This document shows, piece by piece, positions 35,204 through 45,394 of a stretch of 64,000 bases of DNA. Below the pieces are notes generated by a model. That model did not search any database. It was not told where the DNA came from and was given only the letters and a program-made list of their open reading frames with translations. The position numbers were made by a program, and so were the translations under genes. How positions within the stretch are numbered: position 1 is the stretch's first letter; each line of letters starts with the position of its first letter. This stretch comes from an uncultured Acidobacteriota bacterium (GTDB lineage Bacteria; Acidobacteriota; Thermoanaerobaculia; UBA5066; DATFVB01), in NCBI GenBank assembly GCA_963813155.1, contig CAWEYG010000001.1, forward strand, positions 544,001-608,000, in the 5' to 3' direction.

Positions 35204-35878
35204 GAAGCTCCATTTCCCCTTCCTCGTGGGTTTCTCGAGGGCTCGACTCAGCTCCGCGAGATAGCGCGCCCGAGGCCACTCCACCGCCCCGAACCGCGCG
35301 AGGTGCCGCGTGTAGACCTGGCAGTCGATGAGCGCGATTCCCCGACGCTGGAGCTGGCGGACGAGGGCCACGAACGCGATTTTCGAGGCGTCCGGCTTGC
35401 GCGCGAACATCGATTCGCCGAAAAACATGCCGCCCAGCGAAACCCCGTAGAGGCCGCCCGCGAGCGTCTCCCCTTTCCAGGCCTCCGCCGAGTGCGCGTA
35501 TCCCTGCCGGTGAAGCTCCCCATAGGCCTCGAGCATCCCGGCCGTGATCCACGTTCCCGGCTCGTCGGGACTGCGCGCGGCCGCGCACCCCTCGATGACG
35601 TCGCGGAACGCCGTGTCGAGCGTGATCCTGTACGGCTCGCGCCGGATCGCTTTTTCGAGGCTCGCCGAAACGTGGAGCGTGTCCGGCTCGAGCACCATCC
35701 GCGGATCGGGCGAATGCCACAGGATCGGCTGTCCTTCCTCGTACCAGGGAAAGATGCCGGACGCATAGCCGAGCAGCAGGCGCTCCGGCCGAAGATCTCC
35801 CCCGACGGCCAGGAGACCTTCCTCGGCCAGGTTCGGGTCGGGAAAGGCGAGATCGGATCCGAGCCGGAAGACGGGCAC
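35192..35878 (-). CDS. aat: Leucyl/phenylalanyl-tRNA--protein transferase
   Basis: GLLAVGGDL, GIFPWY, SPDPR, GGLYGV, FFGESMF, DASKIA, IDCQ. Confidence 0.95.
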
Positions 35879-35921
35879 GCGGAAATTATGCCTCGCTTCC
35901 TATGGGACAATGTCCCTCTCC

Positions 35922-36536
35922 ATGAAACGAGCCACCGGGTTCCTGCTCCCCTGGCTGCTCGCGATCGTCTTCGCGGCGATCTCGGTGCTCCTGCTGCGCC
36001 AGGTGATCCGAACGCCGGCGTCCCGCGTCGACTCGGCGCCCGTCGTGATGGCGATCCGAAAGATCGCGCGGCTCGCGACGGTCGAGGTGCAGGTCGCCGA
36101 CGTCGTTCGGTACGAGGAATTCAAGAATTTTCTTTTTCTGAGCTTCCCGAAGAGCGCGATCCTCCAGGTCCGCGGATCGGTCGTCGGAGGATTCGACCTG
36201 GACCGGGACGGGTTCAAGGTCGACAGTCGCCCCGCCGACCGGACCGTGAAGATCCAGCTCCCGCGGCCGACGATCCTTTCGATCGACCCCAGGCTCCAGT
36301 GGTTCGACGAGAAGAGCGGCGTGTTCAACCCGATCACGCCGGAGGACCGCAATCGATGGATGATCTGGGCGCGCACGAGCCTGGCCCGAACCGCGAGGGA
36401 CGCCGGGATGGACCGGAAGGCGGAGGAGCAGGCCGTCAAACTGCTCACCGCCGCCGCCCAGGCGCTCGGGTGGAAGGCGGAAGTCACGTTTGCCGGGCCA
36501 AAACTCCTTTTGCCTCAAGTCGTTGCGAACGACTGA
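35922..36536 (+). CDS. DUF4230 domain membrane protein
   Basis: N-terminal TM; IRKIARLATVE, GSVVGGFDL, IQLPRPTILS pattern. Confidence 0.7.
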   Translation: MKRATGFLLPWLLAIVFAAISVLLLRQVIRTPASRVDSAPVVMAIRKIARLATVEVQVADVVRYEEFKNFLFLSFPKSAILQVRGSVVGGFDLDRDGFKVDSRPADRTVKIQLPRPTILSIDPRLQWFDEKSGVFNPITPEDRNRWMIWARTSLARTARDAGMDRKAEEQAVKLLTAAAQALGWKAEVTFAGPKLLLPQVVAND

Positions 36537-36550
36537 CTCGACGCCGCGAA

Positions 36551-36580
36551 GCGTAACCTTCCGGCGGGACCGCCGTCTTA
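36551..36580 (+). promoter_or_regulatory. ECF-type (probable autoregulatory) promoter TAACCTT-N13-CGTCTTA
   Basis: AAC..CGT geometry typical of ECF promoters, directly upstream of the sigma gene. Confidence 0.75.
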
Positions 36581-36632
36581 AGGGTGTCAGGGAACTCGGA
36601 CCGGAGGCAGAAATGATCGGGGCGACCTCACA

Positions 36633-37196
36633 ATGAAGAGCGACCTCGATCTGCTCCGGATGGTCGGGCGCGGAGACCCGGACGGCGCCACGGGGCTGTT
36701 CCAGAAATACTCGGAGCCTCTCCTGCGGTTTGCCGACCGGATGCTGTCGAACCGCTCGGAGGCGGAAGAAGTCACCCAGGAGGTTTTCTTGAAGATGATC
36801 ACTCGCGTGGAGCAGTACGACGGCCGGGCGGCCGTCTCTTCGTGGCTCTACGCGATCGCCGCCAACGCCTGCCGGGACCGGCTGAGGCGCACGAAGAGAG
36901 CGGTCGTCGTGCCGCTCGATTCGGTCGAGGAGGCTGCTTCGAAGGAAACCGGGGTCGAAAAGCGAATCCACGACCGCGATCGGCGGCGCGCGGTCCGAAG
37001 GGCCCTGTCCCGCCTGTCCGACGAGCAGCGCGAAGCGCTCATCCTCGCCCGCTACCACGGGATGCCGTACGCCGAAATCGCCCGCACGCTCGAAATCACC
37101 GAAGGCGCCGTCAAGACGCGCGTCTTTCGGGCGATCGAGACGCTCAAGGAAGTCTTCTCCGAGGGAGGAAGCCAATGGAATGCAATGACGTCGTAG
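36633..37196 (+). CDS. ECF RNA polymerase sigma factor
   Basis: AEEVTQEVFLK, SWLYAIAANACRD, L..QREALIL..GMPYAEIA..GAVKTRVFRA. Confidence 0.95.
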   Translation: MKSDLDLLRMVGRGDPDGATGLFQKYSEPLLRFADRMLSNRSEAEEVTQEVFLKMITRVEQYDGRAAVSSWLYAIAANACRDRLRRTKRAVVVPLDSVEEAASKETGVEKRIHDRDRRRAVRRALSRLSDEQREALILARYHGMPYAEIARTLEITEGAVKTRVFRAIETLKEVFSEGGSQWNAMTS

Positions 37197-38119
37197 AAAA
37201 CGCGATCGAACGCCTGGCCCAGCCGCTCGCGCCGCCGGTTCAAATCGAGATCGACCGCCACCTCTCGGACTGCGCGGAATGCCGGGATCGAGTCGGAGAG
37301 GCGGAGAGCGCGTGGGCGCGGCTCGGGACCGACGCGGACGTTCCGCTCGACCCGGAATTCGCCCGCGAGACCCTGGGAATGCTCGAATCCGAAACCCTCC
37401 GCCGTCGCGTGACGCCGTTTCCCCGCAGCCGGTTCAGCCCGGCGCTTCGCATCGCGGCCCTGGTCGCGGCCGGCGCGAGCGGATTTCTCCTCTCGCGCGC
37501 GACGCAAACCGGAAAAGGCGCGGCGCCGCTTTCGGCCGCTTCCCGCTCGGAGACGCCGGCCGCGCCCCTCCCCGATCTCTCGCGCCAGCCGAAGCTCACG
37601 AACGTGGCCTTCCAGCCGGCCGATCCCTCGGGAAAGATCGGCGTGTCGTTCGACGCGACGGCACGCTACACGGTGACGGGCAAGCCCGGAGAGAAGAGCC
37701 TTTCCGACCTCCTCAATTACCTCGTCGCCGGCGGCGCCGGGACGGAAGGCGCACGCGGCAAGGCGATCGACCTCGTCTCGCAGCACTACGCCGACGGAGC
37801 GCCCGCGTCGCCGCAGATCGTCGCGACGCTCGTGCAGACGCTGCAGAAGGACGAGAACCCGGGAGTCCGCAAGAAAGCCGCCGAAGCGCTCTCGCAACTC
37901 CCGGCCACGCCGCAGATCCGAGACGCGTTCCTCGGCGCTCTCCGCGGAGACGCGTGCCCGGCCGTCCGAATCGTCGCCGTCGAGAGCCTCGCGAAAGTCG
38001 CGCTGACCCTTCGCGATCCCGCCGCGATCGAGACGCTCCGCCAGAAGGCGAGCGACGAGCGCGAGACCGGCTACGTGCGAGTGAAGGCCGCATCCGCCCT
38101 GAAGAGGATCGACCTGTGA
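37175..38119 (+). CDS. Anti-sigma factor: zinc finger (HxxxCxxC), TM helix, HEAT repeats
   Basis: MEC..HLSDCAEC; TM IAALVAAGASGFLL; DENPGVRKKAAEAL, DACPAVRIVAVESL, YVRVKAASAL. Confidence 0.85.
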   Translation: MECNDVVENAIERLAQPLAPPVQIEIDRHLSDCAECRDRVGEAESAWARLGTDADVPLDPEFARETLGMLESETLRRRVTPFPRSRFSPALRIAALVAAGASGFLLSRATQTGKGAAPLSAASRSETPAAPLPDLSRQPKLTNVAFQPADPSGKIGVSFDATARYTVTGKPGEKSLSDLLNYLVAGGAGTEGARGKAIDLVSQHYADGAPASPQIVATLVQTLQKDENPGVRKKAAEALSQLPATPQIRDAFLGALRGDACPAVRIVAVESLAKVALTLRDPAAIETLRQKASDERETGYVRVKAASALKRIDL

Positions 38120-38140
38120 AGCTCGATGTCTCCGCTCCGG

Positions 38141-38170
38141 GCGTGACCTTTTTTTCCGCGCAGCGTCGTA
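38141..38170 (+). promoter_or_regulatory. ECF-type internal promoter TGACCTT-N13-CGTCGTA
   Basis: Same spacing as the other five sites. Confidence 0.6.
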
Positions 38171-38175
38171 TGAGC

Positions 38176-40161
38176 ATGAGAAAAGAAAGCCCGCAACGTT
38201 TGAATGGAACACGCCGGGGCGACCGGGCGCTCTGGATCGTCGCGCTTCTCGGCCTGATCGTTCTCGCTTTCGCCGCGGCGAGCCGCGGCGGCGAAGCGTA
38301 CAACTCCGTCGCGCACCGGACCGACCGCTTCAGCGCCGGCAAGCTTCGCGACCTCTCCGTCGAAAACATCAGCGGCGACATCCAGATCGCGGAAGGGCCT
38401 TCCTTCTCCGCCGTCGCCGAGGTCACCGTGAGGGCCACGAGCTCCTCCGAAGCGAAGCGATACCTCGACCAGACGAAAGTCGAGTTCGAAAAAGAAGACA
38501 ACGGCTCCGCGACCCTGCTGACGCGCGAGCCGGGCGCCCGGGTGACCCGCCGGGGGCGGGGCTGGAGCATCCACGTCGATCGCGACGAGTGCCGGTACCG
38601 GATCGAAACGCGGTACCAGATCACACTTCCGCCCGACACCTCCCTCGACGTCCATACCGTCAACGGCAACGTCACGGTCCAGGGCATCGCGGCGGCGACC
38701 GAGGTCAGCTCGGTCAACGGGCGCGTGAAAGTGTCGGGAACGCGGCACGACCTGCGGCTGCACACCGTCAACGGCGGAATCGAGGCGACCGCGGCCGAGC
38801 TTCCCCGCGGCCTCCACGTCGATGCGGAGACGGTCAACGGGAACATCGAGCTGCGACTCCCGCCGCGCGCCGGATTTCACCTGACCGGCCAGACGATGAA
38901 CGGCGACATCGTCAGCTCGTTCCCCCTTCCCGTCAAGGCGTCCCCGGGCGAGTCTGAGATGCTTCGCGCCGATCGCGAGAGGATGCGGTCCGACCGGGAG
39001 CACGTCCGCCGCGAGATCCGAATCAAAGAAAAGGAAGTACACGAAAAGGAGCGGGACCGGGAGACCGATGAGGCCGACGATGACGGGGACATCCACATCG
39101 ACCTCTCGGGCCTGAAGGAGAGCCTCAAGGAGCTTTCCTCGGAGCTCGCGACGATCGGGCCGGAAATCGCGGCGAGCGTCGCGGAGAACCTGCACCACGC
39201 CTACGACGGATCCGTCGGCGGCGGCGGAGCCGAGGTGCGCTGCTCGACGCTGAACGGCCGCATCGCAATTCTCTCCGACGGCTCTTCTGCGAGCGAAGCG
39301 AAGTCGATCCTGCCGCGACGGAGCTCGGGTTCGTGGCGCGCGATGGTCCATCCCGTGCCGCCCGTGCCTCCCGTTCCGCCGATCCCGCCCGTGGCTCCGA
39401 TTGCGCCCATGGCCCCGATCCCGCCGGTACCTCCGGTGCCCCCGCGAGCGCCGCGCGCTCCCCGAAGCGCGGAGGACCAGGAGGGCTCCATCATCCGGGG
39501 CGACATCAACGGGGATTTCGCCAAGACCCTTCCCTTCGGGGACGTCCAGCTCGGAAAGGTCTCGGGCACCGTTCGGGTGGTGACCTACGGCGGGGAGATT
39601 ACCGTCGCCGAGGCCGGCAAAGGCGCCGACCTCTCCACTTCCGGCGGCGACATCCGCATCGACCGCGTCGCGGGAAATCTGCGATGCATCACGCACGGCG
39701 GCGAGCTCCGGATCGGAAACGTCTCGGGCGACGCCAAGCTCGAGACCATGGGAGGAGACGTCGCGCTGCGCTCGTGTGCTGGCTCGGTGTTCGCCCGGAC
39801 CGGAGGAGGCGACCTCGTCCTTTCGCAGGTACGCGGCTCGGTCCAGGCCTCCTCGGGAGGCGGCACCGTGCGCTGCGAGGTGGTGGGCCGCGAGACGCCC
39901 GGGGGAATCTCGATCTCGAGCGGCGCGGGCGACGTCACTCTTACGCTTCCCGCGAACTACCGGGGCAACGTCGACATTCGCGTGAGCGGCATCGACTCCG
40001 AAGGGGACTTCATCGTGTCGGAGTTTCCGGACATCACGGTCTCGAAGCGATCGTTCGGAAGCGTGCAGTCCGCCCAGGGAACGCTCAACGGTGGCGGCCC
40101 GAAGGTGAGCATCCGCATCTCGTCGGGGACCGTCCGGCTCAAGAAGGGGCCCGCGGCCTAG
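38176..40161 (+). CDS. Double DUF4097 beta-repeat protein with charged helical segment and Pro-rich linker
   Basis: TVNG repeats, then TxGGD repeats; (PVP/PIP)n linker near 39352-39445; alternative starts 38170 or 38116. Confidence 0.85.
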   Translation: MRKESPQRLNGTRRGDRALWIVALLGLIVLAFAAASRGGEAYNSVAHRTDRFSAGKLRDLSVENISGDIQIAEGPSFSAVAEVTVRATSSSEAKRYLDQTKVEFEKEDNGSATLLTREPGARVTRRGRGWSIHVDRDECRYRIETRYQITLPPDTSLDVHTVNGNVTVQGIAAATEVSSVNGRVKVSGTRHDLRLHTVNGGIEATAAELPRGLHVDAETVNGNIELRLPPRAGFHLTGQTMNGDIVSSFPLPVKASPGESEMLRADRERMRSDREHVRREIRIKEKEVHEKERDRETDEADDDGDIHIDLSGLKESLKELSSELATIGPEIAASVAENLHHAYDGSVGGGGAEVRCSTLNGRIAILSDGSSASEAKSILPRRSSGSWRAMVHPVPPVPPVPPIPPVAPIAPMAPIPPVPPVPPRAPRAPRSAEDQEGSIIRGDINGDFAKTLPFGDVQLGKVSGTVRVVTYGGEITVAEAGKGADLSTSGGDIRIDRVAGNLRCITHGGELRIGNVSGDAKLETMGGDVALRSCAGSVFARTGGGDLVLSQVRGSVQASSGGGTVRCEVVGRETPGGISISSGAGDVTLTLPANYRGNVDIRVSGIDSEGDFIVSEFPDITVSKRSFGSVQSAQGTLNGGGPKVSIRISSGTVRLKKGPAA

Positions 40162-40222
40162 TCCCCACCCCGGCTCACGCCACCCCTCTCCACAAGTCGT
40201 GGAGAGGGGCTGGGGGTGAGGA
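40162..40222. repeat. REP-like palindromic element between convergent genes
   Basis: tccccacccc..cccctctccac-aagtc-gtggagagggg..ggggtgagga; shares gctcacgc..cccctctcca..tggagaggg with 7773-7816. Confidence 0.75.
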
Positions 40223-40225
40223 TAC

Positions 40226-42411
40226 CTACTTTACCCGCACGCTCACCGAGTTCGAATAGGCCGATACCCTCCCGGTCGCCGTGTTGAACGCCTGGACCCG
40301 GTACACGTACCGGCCGGATGCCACGCTCTGGGAATACGTCGTCACGTTGGCCGCGACCTGTCCGACCCTGACGAAGCTCGTCGTTCCAAACGGCGCCCGC
40401 TCGATCGAAAACCCGGTTTCGTTGCTCGATTTGTCGGCCCAACGGAGCGCCACGACGCCTGTACGCGAAACACTCGCCGTGAGGTTGGCCGGGGCAATGA
40501 TGACGTTCGGGTCGGCCGTCGCCGCGATGGCCACGGTCGCCGATGCCGTCGCGCCGCGGTTGTCCGTGACCGTGAGTTTGGCCGTGTAGTTTCCGAGTGC
40601 CGTGTAGGTATGCGACGCCGTCGCGCCCGACGCGGTGCCGCCGTCTCCGAAGCTCCAGGCGTACGACGAGATCGACCCGTCGGAATCGCTCGATTTCGTC
40701 CCGTCGAAAGAGACAGCGAGCGGAGCGATCCCCGAAACGGGAGTTGCGCTCGCGACTGCGGTGGGCGGAGCGTTCGCCGTCCCGGGCGGAATGACCAGGA
40801 GGGTCACGCTCTGTCCGGGAACGGTCGTCGAAAAGCTCGAGCCGGACGCCGCGACGTCGGCGAGTCGCGCGATCGCGTTCGAGGAAGAGAGCTGCCACAC
40901 CTGGGCGCTCCCCGCGGCCGGAAAGTTCGAGAGGACGACCGAGATCGGCGTCGTCCCGGAAAGGTACTTGCTGACGATCATGACCGTCAACGCCCCGTCG
41001 GAGGAGCGCACGGCCGCGAAGCTCGAAACGTTGTCCGGGTTCGGGCCGCCCGCGAAAACACTCGTGTCGCCGAACGTCGACCGGTTGCCGTCATAGTTGC
41101 GATACATCTTCATCGCCTTATACGTCGGCGTCGACGGGTCGGGCGTCGTCCAGCGCGTCGCCAGATCGAGCCCCTCCCGCCCGAAGATTCCGAAGATGTC
41201 CGCCTGCGTCGTCGCGCCGTTGATGTGACCTTCCGCCCCCCAGTTGTATTCGGTGATCGCCGTTTGAAGGCCCGGATAGTAGGTCGAGACCCAGTTCTTC
41301 ATCCGCGGGATGAGCATGACCTTGTCGTTGATCCAGCTCGAGTCGACGTAGGCCGGATCCCACAGCGAACGGGTGGAGCGGTTCCGGAGGAGCTGCGTCG
41401 CGGCCGACGTGTCGTTTCCGAATTCCCCGCCCTGCGGATAGTAGTGAAGCGAAAAGACGTCGAGGACGCGCTGGCCCGTCGACAACTCGTTCTGATGAAG
41501 CTGGTCGAGCAGCCACGGCATGTAGTCCCAGTTGCCGTGCGCGGCGCGGTCGGGAAACGAGGACCAGTTGTGCGCGGCGCCATATTGCTGGTCGTACCCG
41601 CTGTAGAAATACCCGCTCCAGCCCCATTCCTCCGGGCCCACGATTCGGGCCGACGCGTCGGCGCCGCGGATCATCGCGCCGAAACCGATCATCTTGGACC
41701 GAATTTCATCCATCGTGGGGCCGGTCGGGTGAACGTCCCGATGCGTGGAGAACCAGATACTGTGCTCGTTGTCGAGGATGTAGTACGTCAGGCCCCCGTT
41801 GGACGCGGAGCCCCACGTATTCACCAGGTGCGCGACCCACCCCTGTTCGAAGACCGAGTTATTCGGTACGTCCGCGTCGTTCGGGTCGTTGCCGAGCACG
41901 TTCTGGCCGCCCGAGAGAACGCCGTTGCCGGCGTCCGGGAACCATTGCCAGTCATTTCCGGTTTGAGACACCGTACTTCGATATCGAAAAACTCGCGAGC
42001 TTGTTCCGGTTCGCGGCGAGCTTCGCGACCCAGTCGACCATCGGAATCGTGAGCATCGCCTGGGCGCCCGCCGGCCTTGCTCATCGAGAAGAAGGTGTCG
42101 CCGCGCTCGCCGGCGACGGCGCTGGAATCGCCGATCGACTCGAAGTACCAGTCCGCCCCCCTGTTGTCGGCGTTTTGCAGCCAGTTGTACCGGGACGAGT
42201 TGTTGCCGCCGTAACGATTGAGAGGGCAATTCAGGTCCGGCAGCGTCGTTGCGCTCCCGTAGGCGACTCCATAGATCAAAGGATGAATCGGATGGCGGTT
42301 CGCGTTGGCGTCGACGCTGATCGTGGCGGCCGGGTTCTGCCCGAAGGCGGAAATCCGGGCCGTCAGGATCAACGCCGCGCCGAGAACGGTGCCTCGGACG
42401 GGCATCTTCAT
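40226..42411 (-). CDS. GH44 endoglucanase/xyloglucanase with PKD and FN3-like domains (indels near 42070 and 41968)
   Basis: NRYGGNNSSRYNW, YILDNE..W..THRDVHP, GPEEWGW, LHYYPQG, RSTRSLWD, ITEYNWG; PKD YAWSFGDG; WADKSSNETGFSIER. Confidence 0.85.
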
Positions 42412-42450
42412 TTTCTACTCCTCTATATCGGCGATCGGCTCCTGTTTTGT

Positions 42451-42479
42451 CGAAACCTTTTACCCGGTTTGTCGTCGTA
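42451..42479 (+). promoter_or_regulatory. ECF-type promoter AAACCTT-N13-CGTCGTA
   Basis: Same motif and spacing as the other sites. Confidence 0.7.
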
Positions 42480-42499
42480 AGGATAACAGAAAGGGAGAG

Positions 42500-44740
42500 A
42501 TGCGCCGATTCACCTGGAGAATGCTCGCCCTGATCGCCGGACTGTCGCGTTTCGCCCTCGCCCAGGCACCCGAGGCGCCGATCACGATTCATCGCGCGCC
42601 GGGGCCGATCACCATCGACGGCGATCTCTCCGACCCGGGCTGGCAGGGAGCGACGAGGGTCGAGACCTTCTGGGAGACGCGCCCCGGCGACAACGTCCCG
42701 GCGAAGCTCCGGACCGTCGGATATCTCACGTACGACGACAAGGCGCTGTACGCCGCGTTCGAGTGCGACGACCCGGATCCGAAGGCGATTCGCGCTCCGT
42801 ACCTCGACCGCGACGCCGTCTCGTCCGACACGGACTACGCCGGCATCATTCTGGACACGCGCCACGACCGCCGCACGGCGCTCGAATTCCTCGCGAACCC
42901 CCGCGGCGTCCAGTACGACGCGTCGCAGGACGACTCCTCCGGCAACGAGGACACGTCGATCGATCTCTTCTGGGACTCGGCGGGGAAGATCAACGACCAC
43001 GGCTGGACGCTCGAGATCCGCATTCCGTTCTCCAGCCTCCGGTACGACTCGAAGTCGCAGATCGTCTGGGGGATCCAGCTCTATCGCAACCGGAACCGCG
43101 ATACCCGCTACCAGTACTTCTCCAACCACCTGCCGCGGGAATCGAACTGCTTCATCTGCCACGAGCGCGATCTCGTCGGCCTGGAAGGGCTGCCGGGGGG
43201 CGGACACATCACGGCCGCGCCCTACGTGACCGCAACCGAGCAGGGACACCGCACGGACGGGAACGACCTCAACTCCCGCTGGACGAACCGTCCCGCCCGC
43301 GGCAACGGCGGGCTCGACGTGAAGTGGACGCCGAACGCAAACAACGCGGTGGATGCGACGATCAATCCGGACTTCGCGCAAGTCGAATCGGACGTCGCGC
43401 AGATCTCCACGAACCAGAGGTTCGCGCTCTTCTACCCGGAGAAGCGGCCGTTCTTCCTGGAGGGACTCGACCTCTTCTCGACGCCGATCCAGGCCGTCTA
43501 CACGCGGACGATCACGTCGCCGCGCTGGGGAATCCGCGACACCGCCAAGATCGGCTCGACGAATTACACCGTGCTCGTCACCGAGGATCGCGGCGGCGGA
43601 TCGGTCACGGTTCCCGGACCCCAGTCCTCGACTCTCGTCGATCAGGATTTTTCGTCGTTCGCCGGGATCGGCCGCGTTCGGCAGGACTTCGGACGGTCCT
43701 ACGTGAGCTTTCTCGCGACGGACCGCGAGGTCGAGGGCACCGGCTACAACCGCGTGTTCGGGCCGGACTTTCAGTACGCGCCCAACGACGTCGATCAGGT
43801 CAAGGGACAGTTCCTCTACGCGCTGTCCCAGGCGCCGGACCATCCAGAGCTCTTCGCGGGATGGACGGGACAACACGTGAGCGGGCATGCGGCCTATGCC
43901 TCCTGGGACCATTCGGTACGGCACTGGGAAACGTACGTCGAGTACCGCGACGTCTCCGACGGCTTCCGCGCGGACGACGGGTACGTCCCTCAGGTCGGAT
44001 ATCGCGAGGTCAAGCCCCAGGCGTTCTTGAAGTTCTACCCGGAGAACAGCTTCTTCATCCGGCTCCAGCCGCTCGTCGTCGAGGACTACACGGTCGACAC
44101 GTCCGGAAACACCCTCCGTCAGCGTTTCTTTCCGGGGTTCTCGTTCGAAGCGAAGAAGAGCATCCAGGGAGAAGTCGACTACCTCTTCTCGTCCGAACGC
44201 GTCGGCACCGTTCTCATCCCGAAGAAGTTCTGGTCGATCTCCCTTCAGCTCGCGCCGTCGAAGATCTTCGGGCAGGTGAGCGTCAACGGCGAGATCGGCG
44301 ACGAGATCGACTACGCCAACGCCCGGCCCGGCAACGGCGGCGCGTTCACGCTCGACGCGCGGATCCAGCCCGAGCAGCACCTCGAGCTGCGGCTGGACGA
44401 GGCGTTTTCGTGGATCAACGAAACCCTGGCCGGCGAGCGCCGGCGGCTCTTCACGGCCGTCGTCCACCGCCTGAAGGCGACCTACAACTTCACCAACCGC
44501 GCGTTCCTGCGCGGAATCGTGCAATACGTGCGGTCCGACCAGAACCCGTCGCTCTACACGGCCTCGACCCCGGCGCGCCAGGGAACGCTCTCGAGCTCGC
44601 TCCTCTTCGCGTACAAGCTCAACTGGCAGAGCGTTCTGTTCCTCGGCTACGGCGACGATTCGGCCATCGACGACCAGTACCGGTGGCGGCGGCAGGATCG
44701 GCAGCTGTTCATGAAGATCTCGTACGCGTTCCAGAGGTAG
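42500..44740 (+). CDS. CBM9-like plus DUF5916 protein, copy 2
   Basis: Clear paralog of 28301-30543 (IPFSSLRY, NPDFAQVESD, PEKRPFFLEG); ends FMKISYAFQR. Confidence 0.9.
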   Translation: MRRFTWRMLALIAGLSRFALAQAPEAPITIHRAPGPITIDGDLSDPGWQGATRVETFWETRPGDNVPAKLRTVGYLTYDDKALYAAFECDDPDPKAIRAPYLDRDAVSSDTDYAGIILDTRHDRRTALEFLANPRGVQYDASQDDSSGNEDTSIDLFWDSAGKINDHGWTLEIRIPFSSLRYDSKSQIVWGIQLYRNRNRDTRYQYFSNHLPRESNCFICHERDLVGLEGLPGGGHITAAPYVTATEQGHRTDGNDLNSRWTNRPARGNGGLDVKWTPNANNAVDATINPDFAQVESDVAQISTNQRFALFYPEKRPFFLEGLDLFSTPIQAVYTRTITSPRWGIRDTAKIGSTNYTVLVTEDRGGGSVTVPGPQSSTLVDQDFSSFAGIGRVRQDFGRSYVSFLATDREVEGTGYNRVFGPDFQYAPNDVDQVKGQFLYALSQAPDHPELFAGWTGQHVSGHAAYASWDHSVRHWETYVEYRDVSDGFRADDGYVPQVGYREVKPQAFLKFYPENSFFIRLQPLVVEDYTVDTSGNTLRQRFFPGFSFEAKKSIQGEVDYLFSSERVGTVLIPKKFWSISLQLAPSKIFGQVSVNGEIGDEIDYANARPGNGGAFTLDARIQPEQHLELRLDEAFSWINETLAGERRRLFTAVVHRLKATYNFTNRAFLRGIVQYVRSDQNPSLYTASTPARQGTLSSSLLFAYKLNWQSVLFLGYGDDSAIDDQYRWRRQDRQLFMKISYAFQR

Positions 44741-44748
44741 GGCGAGCG

Positions 44749-45018
44749 TTATTTGAAGACGACGACGGTCGCGCCGCGGCCGCCGCGATCCTCCGGCGCG
44801 TCGAAATAGCGATCCACGTCTTCCCGCCGGGCGAGCAGGCCGCGCACGATCTCGCGCTGCACCCCGATGCCCCGGCCGTGGATCAGGCGAACCTCGCCGA
44901 AGCGGCCGCGCGTGGCGTCGAGGTATTCCGAGACAACGGAGGGGACATCCCGGGGCAGGAACGAGTGCAGATCGAGGGAATCCTCGATCGGCACCCTCGT
45001 CAGGCGGCCGTCTTCCAG
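44749..45018 (-). CDS. Stand-alone Smr domain protein
   Basis: IEDSLDLHSF, VRLIHGRGIGVQR, GGRGATVV; start uncertain. Confidence 0.85.
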   Translation of the reverse strand: MEDGRLTRVPIEDSLDLHSFLPRDVPSVVSEYLDATRGRFGEVRLIHGRGIGVQREIVRGLLARREDVDRYFDAPEDRGGRGATVVVFK

Positions 45019-45338
45019 ACGAGGCCCGCGGCCGCGACCGCCCCGGGATCGAGCGCGATCCGGACCGGCCCCGAACAGATTCCTTCGAGAGTGATCGTGG
45101 GGCGGTCGCTCTCGCCGGCCGTGATCTCGGCCGCCGGGATCTCGAACTTCCGGCCGACGTTCACGCGGGAATCCCGGCTCCACTGGCGGATCGATCCGGT
45201 CACCCGGTCTTCGTGCACCGTGTAATTGACGGCCACGTGAGAACCGTCGGGACAGTCGGTCCAAAAGTATGCGAGCAGCAATTCCGCCTCCTGAAACTTC
45301 GATTCTATCCCGTCGAAGGCCGCCGAAGCGTGGGGCAC
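45000..45338 (-). CDS. Hypothetical protein
   Basis: 112-aa ORF with globular composition, overlapping the Smr gene start. Confidence 0.5.
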   Translation of the reverse strand: MPHASAAFDGIESKFQEAELLLAYFWTDCPDGSHVAVNYTVHEDRVTGSIRQWSRDSRVNVGRKFEIPAAEITAGESDRPTITLEGICSGPVRIALDPGAVAAAGLVWKTAA

Positions 45339-45394
45339 GTTTCTTGCTGTTACCGGGTCTGGATCGCGTGGAAGACCAACGAGAGGGATACAAA

